This document shows positions 27,994-41,034 of a stretch of 64,000 nt of DNA, piece after piece. The position numbers and the translations under genes are program-made. The DNA lies in NCBI GenBank assembly GCA_973895155.1, contig OZ316895.1:14612548-14676547 (forward strand), read 5' to 3'. Source of the stretch: Marsupella aquatica (Eukaryota > Plantae > Marchantiophyta). The notes beneath the pieces were generated by a model that made no database searches, was not told the DNA's origin, and saw only the letters and a list, made by a program, of their open reading frames with translations. Numbering within the stretch: position 1 is the stretch's first letter; every line of letters begins with the position of its first letter.

Positions 27994-30900
27994 TAGCTTA
28001 TAACTTGACCAGTCAGTTGTGTTTTAAGATACCTGATCCACAGGTCCATTTTGACTCTCTCGCCTTCTGACAAAAAGGTGCACAGGTAGTGCATCTAATA
28101 GTGTGTTTCAGAATGAAAAGAGACCGAACTCCAGTCGGATTGAGAAAAATCCAATGTCAAGAGCTGGTCCCTCTAATGGTCCAAACTTCACCACAATCTA
28201 AGAGTAATGGCAGCCAGTCCAAAGTTACTTTTCAGGCCTTTTGTCTAAAGTCATGCTCTAGATTTCACTTATGGTCCAAAGTCAGCTTTACAAGTGAAAT
28301 TGGGGAGAGAGTGAAAATTAGGTACTAGGCAGGGTGGGGTTGAGACTTAATGGGTCAGGGACTTAATGTAGTACTAGTGACCCTATTTATGTCAATATTT
28401 AGTAACCTTGGAAATTTTGTAATGTAACTGTGACTTTACATAACCCTTAGATTAGAAAAAAATGACTTATAATGATTAGCTTAAATGAAATAGATGTTAA
28501 AACAACTTCATTTGTTAGCACCCATGTCTTTAATTATACAAGTTGGGGCTCGAGTGGACCAGAATTACACTACACAAGCATTTTGGCACCCACTCCTGTC
28601 CATGTACGATTGAATGTGACAATTCTTGTACAAGTGACTTCCATCAATTTCATCTAAAGCCAAAATGGATAAGTTACATGTATGAACAGTTATGATGATA
28701 TTAATCTACTAACTATCACAATCTTGGAAATCTTGGAATGGACCTTTGTTGTTTCATGTAAGTTTCCATATAGCAGCATAAAAATAAAATCATGTAAGTT
28801 TTCACTAAGGGAGAGGCCCGCATTGCAACCAAAGGTGGTAACTCCTAGACCTCATCTATTGGTAGTTTGGACCATTCCCTAGTAGCAAGTTCTGAACTTC
28901 AATATGCCCACAAACTACACATTTCACTCTCTTTTTGGGTCCTGGAGTCAAGAGAAATACATCCATCACCAGCATTAGTTAAAATCAGAGAAATCAATGC
29001 CCACACACAGATCTTTCCTGAGTAGTTTACGCAAGAAAATCCCATTATACCCCATTGGCGAGATTATTAAACCAGAGTCACAAAATCATGGTAAACCAGG
29101 GACCGACAACAATTATATTACTTTCTTTGTTGGGCAGTTTGCCAAGGTTCACCGAAAAGGAGACTTTTGGTATCCTTTGCTTTAGTTTGTAGCCTGCCCC
29201 ATTTTTATCACGCGGCCCAAGAAACTGAAACCGTAAATCTGAAGGGCTGTCATGGATTCCCTTGAAATTAAAGCTAGTGTGTAAACCTCCCACCACTCAT
29301 TCAATTTGGCAAGATTGGATATTAGAGTGGCTGATAATCTGCACATCACACTCACCACTTATCCCATGGCTATAGCTGATCGTCTTGGCCCACGACCTCC
29401 TCTAAAAGGGCTGTTCTGGCTGGCATAGCCGCCAGGCAAGGGTTCTCGAAACTTACAAATCCCATTACGATTTTGGAACATCACGATCCATTACAACCTC
29501 GCACGACGGGGTTTGTCACATACTGCAAGTTCATCTAACATGCATATGCTTTTCCTTCATGCTTGGCTTGCCGAGCTCTCGGCCGAGCTGCTTCGAGGAA
29601 CCTGTCAATTATGAACGTCTCCATCGATCGATACATGTGAGCGACAGTTTCTGGATCGAGATCGATCTCACCAGCTTGCATAGAAGCCTCACGATGAGCG
29701 TCAACAATGCGAATTGCACAAACCGGCTCGTTCACCTGGTTGAATAATGCCAATCCTAGTAGAGAGTTCGTAGCTGTTTTCGGTTAACATTTCGGGTACA
29801 GTTCCTATCACAAAGCAAGGACCTACGTCGCAAATTACAGGTTATCTGACGAATAGGTTCGAAGCCTTATTGAATGCTAATCTACTCATACAAGTGAGCT
29901 CGGTGTAGTAACGATTCGAGGAAGGTGTTATCTAACTTGAACAGTGTGATGATAAGGATTGCGTCACTTCCCGGGTGACTGCCATTTGAAGTTCAATTCA
30001 GTGAAGGTAGATCACAACACCAAATGACCGGAAAATTTGCTGTACCTGTTCGTACTTGCTTCTAAGTGAAGGTATGTGCTCTTCAAAAGTACTCCTGAAA
30101 GTACTCATTTTATTTTGGATTCCCACTTAAGATCTAATTTAATTCTCTCCCTTTGTTTCTTCTGGTCGTTCCATGGGAGTACCATCAATGCAGTACTTGT
30201 CAAAGGTGATCTCGGGAGACATGACCTTTGGAGTCTCAATGACTACAACTGGTCAGAGCTCCACCGTCCAGCTTGCTGGAGTTCCGTATTGTATCTCTGC
30301 TAACCCTTTAATGGTCCATCTTCCAAACTAGCCTCGAAATAGATACCATTTCTCAATCTACTCGACAGACCTTGCGATTGGCAGATCGTCAGCTGAAGTC
30401 TTCAGTACTGCTAAATTAGACTCTTGGGTATTAGCGTAGTAAAAGCCATTCTGTAGCTTAACTTTGAACTTACCAGGCATTTAAAAATAGATCAATCAGA
30501 CGAATAGAACACCGATTCATATCTTTCTGGTCAATTTCTCGAGTGAGTTCAGAAACTGAAATTGATGCTTGTGTGTTACAATTGAAAGCTAGCTAAAAGT
30601 ACTGTCTAAAATCGCCGTCAATCTAATTTTCCGGAAGAATACTTGGATCTCTAGCTACAAGAAAGGGAGGCCGGGTAGTCTAGAGGCTTGGGTCAAATAG
30701 AGTTCATTTTCTACACGTTGGAAATCCATCATGATTGAGTGAGCCCCAGCTTCCTGTATGCGATTATGAGCGAGCTTTCATTGGATTGAGACAGCTTTCT
30801 CAGATCGTGGCCCTGTAGGTGGAAATCCCAAACCTGATCCACTTCTTCAACCAAAATGCGGTGGTTTGCAATACTTGCTGTGCTACAACGCGAATGTCCT

Positions 30901-31126
30901 GCAAAACTGGTGGGAAACTCCAAAGTATGGGGAGGGAGTCGGACTTCTTGCACGTGCCAGCAAACCAGATGAGATAAATTTGAAATCCAGTCTAGAGTTT
31001 ACATTCCTGACTTTATATAGTAGTGAATTCTTACCTTCACATATTTAAAGCTTCCCCATTATTTAATTTTCTGAGGCTCTAAAACCAGAGACCTGAGACT
31101 GAACGTAATTGCATAATTATAAAGAA

Positions 31127-31660
31127 ATGCGGGTGTGTAGCGAGACCTGCACATGTGGTCGGGGCAGACTTCAGGAATTGTCAAAGCTTGCAGTACTCCT
31201 CATCACCACTCTCCCATTTGCTCTTCTCTTCATCGCCATTCCCGGTGTGGCTGGCGGCGACACAGACTTCAGACTAATGATCACAACAGAGCTAGCGGAT
31301 GGTGTCGATGTGCTTTGTCATTCAGAAGATGGGGCATACCAAACGTCAAAGAGGAAGATCTTGCCTGAAGATACTGATTACACCGTTCCTTTAGATGAAA
31401 CCCACCATGTCTACCGGTCTCGTTTCCTTTGTACAGTAATTGACAGTCTGGGTAACGAAATGACGTTCACAGCTTGGGACACACGAATTTCTGAGAAGCG
31501 CTGGAAATTCCCAGAGATCGACGGTAAGCGAGATGTGAGATGGTCAGTGAACAATGGGGGAGTATGGGTGTATCTTAAAGGAAGAAACCACGCCAGTTCA
31601 ATAATGAGGTGGATGTTTACAGGAATTTGGCCACACTTCCAAGTTAAAAATCCTTGGTAG
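31127..31660 (+). CDS. S-protein homologue (SPH / Self-incomp_S1-like) secreted protein, 177 aa, intronless
   Basis: Hydrophobic signal segment ending VAG, then LMITTEL..VDVLCHSED, SRFLC, FTAW, VRWSVNNGGVW and a terminal W, matching the SPH pattern (VxIxNxL...VHCxSxD...TxFxC...FxVF...WxxxxDGI...W). Confidence 0.65.
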   Translation: MRVCSETCTCGRGRLQELSKLAVLLITTLPFALLFIAIPGVAGGDTDFRLMITTELADGVDVLCHSEDGAYQTSKRKILPEDTDYTVPLDETHHVYRSRFLCTVIDSLGNEMTFTAWDTRISEKRWKFPEIDGKRDVRWSVNNGGVWVYLKGRNHASSIMRWMFTGIWPHFQVKNPW

Positions 31661-34600
31661 TTGCTTGATTGAACTCCAGATTCATTTTTATTCCTGTCCG
31701 ATCTACACTTTGAAATTATAGTTGCACGGGACAATGAGATTTTATGGCAAATAGGTTAGGTGTAACACTTGAAGATGGAGTATTGTCAATTTTCGACATT
31801 TGAAAAGTTTAAAATTTGTGATTGCCACTTTACTGGCGTTGCCAATAATGTATCTAAGGTATTTGAGTCTCTTTCTTCGCTTTGGATCATGATATTGATC
31901 TACCTTTCATAAATGCGGTATGTAATCACGTAACTGTGACTCTGACTGAATGGATGAAGATAGATACAATTCGATCAATGTTAGAGAGCTTTAATTTGAC
32001 CTAGCGATCGAACATTTTCGAAAGACGATAAATTCCTTACTCGTGCTGGATTTCTGAAGAAACCGCGACAGCCGACGCAGAAACGCGAAACTCGATCAAT
32101 GCCTATGAAGTATGAACGATAAGAACGATCATTAATTAAGTATTAACCGGTGATTGATGCTTTGAAAATGGTGCGCCGGCTTTTCAACATCGCCAACTGT
32201 TCTTCTCCTCCTCCACAATCAGCTCTTAATCGTCTTCCCTAACGTTGCATTGAACGATCTTGCCAATGCCTGATGTCTTGCAGTTGACATCCCTACGGGA
32301 ACACAGGGGAACAATTGCTTTTTTGGCCTGTCTTGCTACCATCAGTATATTTACAACTTCCAGTCGTCAATTCAAGCTTGGGCTAAATACCCAATGCTGT
32401 TGGGAAACACTCACTCCCGATCCTTCCATTCCAACGTTATACTTCTCCTGGGACCGATTTCTCCAAATACTTTCTTGCCCTGGTTCTTACTCCTCCCACA
32501 GAATTGTTTTTGAAGCAACAACAGCTTAATTAGTCTTCTTCCCCTTTCTCTTCCTGCACTTTACACTCAGTCCGCCTACATGTTCCATCCAATTTGGTTT
32601 CCGGACACAAGCCGTCTCCGCTCTTCGGAAATTTTTTGCAGCCATTGCTAGTGTGAACAAGACTGGACGTATTAAACACCGATTGAATATGAAAACGATA
32701 CTGACAGATATTCAAGTAACGTTCAAAGGGAGGTATGTGGATGCAAACTTGCATATTAATTAATGCTGGGCTAAAAGATTACCACAGAATTTGCATCCAG
32801 TACAATTCTGTAACTGGCTAATGCCTCAAGCTCTGGGACCGGGATTGATATCTCAAAAGTCCATGAAAAATAACTTTTATTATCCAACTAATGGGTAGAA
32901 ACCTGATGAAGCTTGGGTGACGAGACAAGACGAAAATGTTGTCTCGAGGATTTTAGTCTGGATCGTCCCCGACGCAACATTTTCGTGGTGATTGACACAG
33001 GGAACTCAATGCACATAAAGCTTTCACTATAGCTGTGTTCGTAAATTTCATTCCCAAGTCTTTCCTAAGCATAACTTTGTTATTCCAGCAAACTGACTCA
33101 AATAAAAATCACATTAAAGAAAGAAGCAAATTAACGAACTTTGAGATGTTTACAAAATGTCTCTTCCCGAAACTACACTGCATGCATGACAAGCATCAAT
33201 GCCACTTTGCTATAGACAATTGACAGATAATTGGTAAATCACTCCATGCAAGATGAGTATGTTACTTGGATCGATATATATGCAACTTTTGTTTTCTTCT
33301 TATTACTGACTTCGTTCAACTTTCCCGATCAACTGTCCCGTTATCGGGAAGTGAGGAGAAAATTAGAGATTTGCCTGGCTGTTCCTGAACTGTCTACGAT
33401 CAGATTTGCTCACGGAATCTGAATCCTAAAGATTTTCCCACATGAAGACATCGGGGTAGAGACAAGAGCTTTTATGCATGATCCAGGTATTTTGCAACGA
33501 CGCTAAATTATGCTTTGGACCGATTATCTGAGTGCTTTATGCAAACGAGTCTACTTAAATAGGAAAGCGCAGAAATTGAAACTAGTTTCTAAGCCATTCC
33601 TCAGCTCTAACATCCACCCTCAGCATGCGTATAACTTGCCCGTCTTGTACCATCTAGAAATTGCACAAAATATTGAACATGTGTGCTCTCTTAGAAATTG
33701 TGTACAGGCTCTTGTTGAACGTCTGTCGAATTTGATTTGAAGAATTTGGCTTAATTGGTCCAAATGAGGGTCCAAATAATCCACAGCATGCATCAAATCG
33801 GATATCTTTGATCCGTTGCCTGGAAGAACAAAAGTCAAATTAATCGCGATCCTGCAGACACACGGGATGCAAGGCCTACTGTATACACTTAAACATATAT
33901 TACGCGAGATATCATTTTTTGCTGGGAAAACGGAGCTTTGTTCAATCCCGCCTTACTCACTGAGCCATGGATGGCTACTGGGTACTCGCAATGTTAGCAC
34001 TGCATGGTATCACTCAGATGAGATTTTGAACTGGTCCATATCTGATGGCGCTACATCTATACACTCGCGGAGCTCTGAAACGGGAGTTTGGAATGACTGT
34101 GTTCTGACAAGACGTAACGGGCTGTAGTCTGGCAAGCGCGAGAAGTAGAAAGTGGAAGAGATGAGACATTGCGGCGGGAGAGCTTCCCTACCATTCTCGG
34201 GAATCGACATGGGAAGGCATGGATAGTCTCTAGTGCACACTACAGTAGATCGAGCATGTCAAGTTTCGGCTTGAACATGTCAAGTTCCGGCTTAGTTGTG
34301 TTTATGGGAGGGCCCGGAAGAACACTCTTAGGGGCTGGCCTATAAGATTAACAAATCAGAACCCCATAGCCCACCTGAAATCCAAGCAATTAGGCACAGG
34401 TTTTTGTTGTTGTTTTGTGAGTAGTAATTCTTTGAGATGACTCAAATTCTTACGACCTACCTTAGCTCATTAAAAAGATAACTAAATTGGCTTTCTAAAG
34501 AGGTTTGGATCCATTCCAAGGAGAAGTGAGAAAGTTATGAGTCCCACAAGCCACAGGGGTCATGTGTTTAGTGTCTGATTTCAAGTGTCTGATTTCAGAC

Positions 34601-36039
34601 TATGGCTTTTCTTTATGATTGCGGTGTTCCATTAATAAGCTACTTAGTTACAGGATACATTTTTTACCCATAGTGTTGATGATCATGCCCCAGCTTTCAC
34701 ACGCCCTATTGTTTCACACAGCTAATCTGGGTATCCAGTGGATAATCTGGGTATCCAGTCGATAACTTGACTTAGTAACCATCGGTTTACTTGCTGTGAG
34801 TTAGCTACTAAGAGTAGAGATACTTGCTGAGTTAGCTTTAGTAGAGAAAATCGACGCACTCATATTTAGTACCTTTTTCTATTTTGTAAGGTGTCTAAGA
34901 GAACAAATACTAAGCAGGACTGGGTAGATAAGCCAGATTTAAATCTCAGAAATTGACTCATTACTTCAAACATTCCTACCTTTGTGGTCAACTAAAGAAG
35001 CCGAAGATTTTCTTGCGAAACTTGCGAAAAGTCAAAAAGACAACTCAGCAATATCAGATTTTTTGGAACTACTTATCTCCCTGTTTATCTGCTTAATTGT
35101 TTACTAGAAAATTTGTCTGGCCCAAAACAAAAGACACTCGATAGTTTTAAAACAGAAGTGATCGTGCAAGTCTCCGGGATTACTTACTAGTACTCTCTGT
35201 GCATACTTATATACTAAGTTGCATTGGAAAGAAAGTTTGAATGCAATGAGCTTTAACTATAACAGGCTGTACGTTTCATTCAGCTACGCAAGGCTCGCAT
35301 TAGCAATGTCATGATGGCAGTTTCATGAAGACAAGATATTACAAGCAAATCAGCCTGGTTCGATCAACTTCATGCTACAAAATGTTATTTATATGAATCG
35401 TTTCGAATATACAAAATGACATCCAACGATGACCCCAAAATTTGCGCAGAAATGCACACCAAGCTAGTGCCCTTCGATCGCGCAGGAGATCGCAATCATT
35501 GACCATTAGCGGTACAACCCTTACTGGTAACTATTCTGATTGCATCTTTGTCACTGAACCGAGAAGTAAAGCTAATACATCCACTAACTAGTACATTAAT
35601 ATGCACAAAATTACTATAATGTTGCCGAAGAAGAAATTAACGGCACAAATTGCTGTCTTGAAACAAAGATCATTCTTGAATAATCCGTGATGCATTCTAG
35701 GTTACCTTCGGAATGAACCAATGTAATTTGACTGAGACATGTCAAGGCAAAAACAAATCCACCGAGGCATAGAACGCGGTTACCCAGAATATCAGGGAAA
35801 CATTCCTCCTATAGAAAATGCAATGGAGACTGACCAAGAGATCAATCTTCTCTCTATCAAGGCCCTAAAAGCCCAACCAGGGCGGACTATCAGTGTCATC
35901 TGGACTGTAATCGGCTTGATTCTGTCAGTCAGACAAGAAAAAAATTAATGCTATGCCTTCGGGAGATCAGATTCTCCCTCAGAGTCGTGATGAATGTCTG
36001 CTGGGCACTTTCCGTCTCCAGCTTCTCCCTCCTTCGAAT

Positions 36040-37077
36040 TCAGATGCTTGATGCATCCCGGGCGCTTTTGCCATCATCTGATTCTCCCTTAGACTCGAGG
36101 TCCACAACCACTGGATTCTTCCCATCACCAGTTTGTCGCTTAGACTCGACATCGACGCCCACTGGACTCTTCCCGTCCTCAGCTTGTGTCGTAGACTCGA
36201 GGTCAACGACAACTGGACTCTTCCCGTCACCAGCTTTTCCCTTACAGTCAGAATTGAGATCAACGACCAGTACTGGACTCTTTCCAACATCAGCTTCTCC
36301 CTCAAAATCCGGATCGGTGAGAACTGGACTCTTGCCGCCATCATCTCCATCAGAGCTGAGATCGATAAACACTGGGTTCTTGATCTCATTATGTCCATCA
36401 GAGCCGAAATCAGTGGACACTGGGTTCTTGCCGTCCTCAGCTTCTCCCGGAGAGTAAGAATCTGTAAACATAGGGCTGTTGCCGTCATCATCTCCATCAT
36501 AGTCGAAATCGCGATCGGTAGACACTGGGCCCTTGCGGTCATCAGATTCTCCCCGAGAGTCAGGACCAGTAAATATGGGGCTGTACATATTGCCGTCATC
36601 AGGACCAGTAAACATGGGGCTGTACATGTTGCCGTCATCCGACTCTCCCGGAGAGTTTGAATCAGTATGCATTAGCTTGTTTGCTTCATCAGAGTCTTCG
36701 TCTGAGTCCAAATCGATAAACACTGGGCTCTTGCGGTCATCATCTCCATCATAGTCGAAATCGGTAGATCTTGGGCTCTTGCCGTCATCAGATTCTCCCG
36801 GAGAGTCAGGACCAGTAAACATGGGGCTGTGGCCGTCATCAAACTCTCCCGGAAAGTTTGAATTAGTATGCATTAGATTGTTTGCTTCATCAAATTCTTC
36901 CTCTGAGTCCAAATCGATAAACACTGGGCTCTTCCGGTCATCCTCTCCATCAGAGGAGAGATCGATAAACACTGGGCGCTTACTGTCATCATTCCCAACA
37001 GAGTCGAGCTTGATAAACCCTGCGCTCTTACCGCCGTCATCAGATTCCCCCTGAGAGGTTGGCGTCCTCGTCGGCAT
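36040..37077 (-). CDS. Acidic low-complexity repeat protein with tandem SIM-like motifs (paralogue A, 345 aa)
   Basis: Open 345-aa frame of ~17-18-aa repeats GK-SP-(V/M)FxD(L)xSxGExDD. Upstream ACTAAC branch point and CAG acceptor (~37106) and a matching donor near 38180 (AG|GTATGT) define a 5' UTR intron whose sites are conserved in paralogue B. Confidence 0.75.
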   Translation of the reverse strand: MPTRTPTSQGESDDGGKSAGFIKLDSVGNDDSKRPVFIDLSSDGEDDRKSPVFIDLDSEEEFDEANNLMHTNSNFPGEFDDGHSPMFTGPDSPGESDDGKSPRSTDFDYDGDDDRKSPVFIDLDSDEDSDEANKLMHTDSNSPGESDDGNMYSPMFTGPDDGNMYSPIFTGPDSRGESDDRKGPVSTDRDFDYDGDDDGNSPMFTDSYSPGEAEDGKNPVSTDFGSDGHNEIKNPVFIDLSSDGDDGGKSPVLTDPDFEGEADVGKSPVLVVDLNSDCKGKAGDGKSPVVVDLESTTQAEDGKSPVGVDVESKRQTGDGKNPVVVDLESKGESDDGKSARDASSI

Positions 37078-37301
37078 CTCTCTTGGTCGTCTAGATATTA
37101 TATTCCTGTCGCAACATCAAACATGCATTGTTAGTAATTGGCCGCTGGACACAGCCGGAATTGCCTCTTCTGTGGACAAATCATCCCCGGCTGTTCACGC
37201 TTTGTTCTCTCTCTAGACAAAGCGTGATGCCACCATGTTAAGTTTCTCGATACATCTATTTTTCGCACACACACACCGTTGAACAGACTGCAATATCTTC
37301 C

Positions 37302-37598
37302 GACCGCCTCTCACTAACTCCTAAGCAGGCTATCGCTAAATTATACTACTGGAAATACAAAAACGACCAAACCGAGTACTTACGGAGGCTGCAATCAAAC
37401 GCCCGATAAATGCCCGATAAAGCCTCATTAGAGTGGCATGATTGAAAACTAACGACCGCCTGTCACAAACTCCTAAGCAGGCTATTGCTAAATTATACTA
37501 CTGGACATACATAAACGATCAAACCGAGCACTTACGGAGGCTGCAATCAAACGCCCGATAAAGCCTCATTAGCTAGAGTGGCATGATTGAAAACTAAC
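37302..37598. repeat. 2 x ~150-bp tandem duplication (intronic)
   Basis: gaccgcct.tcac.aactcctaagcaggctat...gcatgattgaaaactaac twice. Confidence 0.9.
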
Positions 37599-38020
37599 TA
37601 TACGGGTCAATAAATAATAAACCAAGGTAGGTGATCGAGTATCCTCCTGTCAATCGATAAGGAGAATTCCTCACAACCTCCTTAAAACTGACAAAAGGGG
37701 TCAAACTGACAAAAGGGGTCAAACAGTAAAATTTCAGTAAAATTTCAATGTCTGGAAGTAGACGTTAGTATCCTTCAGTACGTCCTTCTCTTGCGATCCC
37801 GGTACAGTAATTAACGAAACGAAGACTTCAGATAAAGCCTAAGCAGAACGGCCAAAAAAACCAACAACGCTCGCAAATCAAACAGTAAGAATGCTTCCGA
37901 AACGAGTATGCTTCTCTTGCGTCCAATGAATGCAACTACCGGAACGAGTATGCTTCTCTTGCGGACAATAGCTATGAAACTTCAGAAACGACTATGTTCT
38001 TCTTGCGGACAATGCAAAGA

Positions 38021-38092
38021 TCGCATTGGTCGACTTCATGCATTGTCGACTTCATGTATGTCCGACAAAAAGCATGAAGTCGACCAATGCGA
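38021..38092. other. Hairpin with a perfect 21-bp stem
   Basis: TCGCATTGGTCGACTTCATGC (38021-38041) is the exact reverse complement of 38072-38092; inner TTGTCG/CGACAA pairing. Confidence 0.9.
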
Positions 38093-39499
38093 GTAAGTTT
38101 CTTCTAGTGCGAACAAGGTTATGAAATGACAGTAGCTGGGTAACCGCCGGTGCTTCGTAAGAAATCGCGGCGTAACATACCTACGTCCTGAAAATTCGTT
38201 GTCGATCAATATCCGGACCTTTTGCTCTTTCAGACTGACGCTTCGGATTGCTTCGGCTCTCTGCCCGCGGAACAGATCAAGAGAAGAGAGGAGAGGAGGC
38301 ACCAAGAGAACAGACGAAAAGCTCGAACAGATCACAAGAAACTAGAGAACAACTCAGAGAACGACTGAAGTTAAGGCAAGACAGTCACTCCGTAAACGAA
38401 GCGGCTGAAATCGTAGTGCGAGTGCTTCGAATACATGAGAATCCCGAGATAGTTCGCTAGCTACCGAAACCGCAAGGCTTTGCCATTGGAAATTTATACA
38501 TGACGAACTGCACCATCAAAATCCTCGCACAATGATGTGGGGCAGCGATGAAGCTTTGCTACGTCACGAATTCATTCGCAGGATGTGCTGTGGATCCGAA
38601 GTTCGAGCAGAAAATCACGGACCTTATGAGTGGCTTTTTTATTTGTGCTTTAATCATATTTTTTTAATCACATCAAATGACGTGGTCTCCTAAGGATAAT
38701 GGTGGCGTATCGCTGGTTTAGGGTTTAGGTCAAGAGCTCGTGCAAGGCTACAAGCCTCAATGTGTCTCCCTACCATTGTTTCCATTCGGCTTTCAATTGG
38801 GGTTCCTTTGTTGGATTATGGGTTACTTGTAGTCTTTTGAGAGATACTAGATTTTTGGCCACCCTTGATTGACATGCCATGGCCAGCAAATTAAGGCTAG
38901 GCACCATCAAGACAAGACACAGTAGTAAGCCCAAAAGGAAAACTCTGGCCCATGTGATGATAGTGATCCACCATGGATGGATTTCCTGATCCTCTTGATT
39001 CCAAAACTTGAACTAAACTTGAACAAATCTTTACGTTTGTCTTGCATGTAGTCCACCCTCAGTTTTGTGGCCCTCAATGCTCCCAACACTTCCAAGAAAA
39101 AAACCCAGAGGTATGCACCACAGCAATTTTGGTGTTGTAAGTTAATTATGTACTTAAAAATTGGCCAAACACCTTGACTGTCAAGTGTAAAGTGAGTCAA
39201 TTTATTTGCCTTTTGTTCAAGTGCATGTCACTGGTTGGGAAGAGTGTTGGGAGCCTGGTGTAGGGATTTCCTTCTACCAGCCAGGTAAATCTATAGTGGA
39301 TATCTCTGACCAGCTAGATATAGTAATGGACTCACTTCCATTAATGACTCACCTCCAGAAGATGAACTCCAGCAACAGATTCCAAGCACTAGGCTGATTG
39401 GAATAGCGGAATTTGGTATGTTCTACAGCAGCCTCCAAAACAGCACTATCAAAATGAATGGTAACCTGTAATACTATGATGGATGGCAGTGGATCGAAT

Positions 39500-40300
39500 T
39501 GGCGTGGGAAGAACAAAGAATGGCATTTCACTACGCGGATCTGGGGGCAGTGTGACTGAGCACCGACGCTGGACGTTGACCAACTGAACCGCAGGTGGAG
39601 ACAGATCGAATGGCACTGCCCAATACTGGAAAACTCAATTGAAGAAGTTATGGGGAGGATGGTCCTTCCCGAAGGTGCGTTTCGATTCTTTCTTTGGCAA
39701 TTGCTGAATCACAGTTTCTTTACCAAGAGCATGACTCTTCACTGGGAAGTTTCTGATGGCATTTGCAACCTGTGCCAAAGTCAGGTCGAGACCACGGAAC
39801 ACTTGTTCTTCATCTGCTGCACTGTTAATTACTGCTCGATGGAGAGAAGTCCAACAACTGGTGCAACACGCAGACGCCCTCTCTACACCGATGAGAATTA
39901 ACTCTGCACGAGGCGATCACCGCGGCCTTGAGATTGCACAAAAGGAAGCCTGGCCCGATTGTAATGATTATGGCTCAGCTATGTTCCAACACATGGAAAG
40001 AGAGGAACGCTGCCTTGGGGGGGGTCACTTCTATGGAAGTGGCATATCACATGCGATGCAGTAGAGGGCCATTTTTGGCGGAAGACTTATTAAGTCTTCA
40101 ATGGAAACATAGGGTTAATTGCAAAATGCATACGTGTCATCACATGATTGGTGTCATACAACTTTATTGAAAGTGACTTAGGGGGATCATAAATGACCCA
40201 AACCGTCGCACGTGATGTATGACCCTCCATATAGTGACCCCCCCTTCCCCCGAGAACGCTGCCACGTACTCCCAGTTCTTGGGCCGTCTTCCCATGCTCC
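39500..40300 (+). mobile_element. Degenerate L1-type LINE 3' fragment (zf-RVT), interrupted by a MITE
   Basis: Across frames: LKKLWGGWSFPKV, FFLWQLLNHSFFT, CNLCQSQVETTEHLFFIC and WKERN, the characteristic plant LINE ORF2 C-terminus. Confidence 0.75.
40014..40254. mobile_element. MITE, CTYGGGGG family (copy 1)
   Basis: Ends CTTGGGGGGGGTCACT ... AGTGACCCCCCCTTCCCCCGAG; perfect 8-bp TSD AACGCTGC (40006-40013, 40255-40262). Confidence 0.88.
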
Positions 40301-40809
40301 AAAGTACGTTGTGTCCACCCTACATTCATATGTATATAATTATGTGTGTGGCCAAGTCTGTAGATCATCACCAACAATCTGCACAACACTAATCATCTCA
40401 AGATTTTCCAATCCAAGTGTATGTCAACAAGATTTTGCCAACACTCCAGCAATGGAGAATTTATGCCGGAATTCAACTGGAGAGCCAGGAATCGGGCCGG
40501 GAATGCCAACTAAGGAACTCTCAAGCCAAAATCTAACTAGTACCCGTGCTAGTATCTGAGGTTGCTAATTTCTCACATTCTCCTTCCACCAAGTGAGGGG
40601 AGCCAGACCCAATGGGACATGAATCTGCAGGCTAAACCTTTCTAACTTGGCCATGCATACATGTTTCAATGGCAGGCCTGTGGTTGTAGTGCATCTTGTG
40701 AACACATACCTTCTCCAAACAAAGATGCATGCACATGTACAGTTACTAACCCCAAGAGTATATATAGATCTAACAGCCCATGCACTAAGTAGTAGAACAG
40801 TCCTTCTTA

Positions 40810-40844
<35 letters not shown>

Positions 40845-41034
40845 CACAATGCCATTTTAATTTGTGGAACAACCTCTATTATCCTAGTATGCAAGGAAAA
40901 ATTATTATGGGACAACACCTCCTCCATGACATCTTTTGCACAACGACCTCTATTTCATCTTTTGCGCAACTTACGTCATCTTGTATGCGCGCAATATTGT
41001 CTTTATGCAGCAACAACTTTGGTGCAAAGTTATC

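Noticed and set aside
35948-37054. Overlapping ORFs on the plus strand and in alternative minus frames over paralogue A
   Set aside because: Shadow frames caused by the repetitive, codon-biased 345-aa ORF.
38716-38730. Telomere-like TTTAGGGTTTAGG
   Set aside because: Under two units; at most a telo-box, not an interstitial telomeric array.
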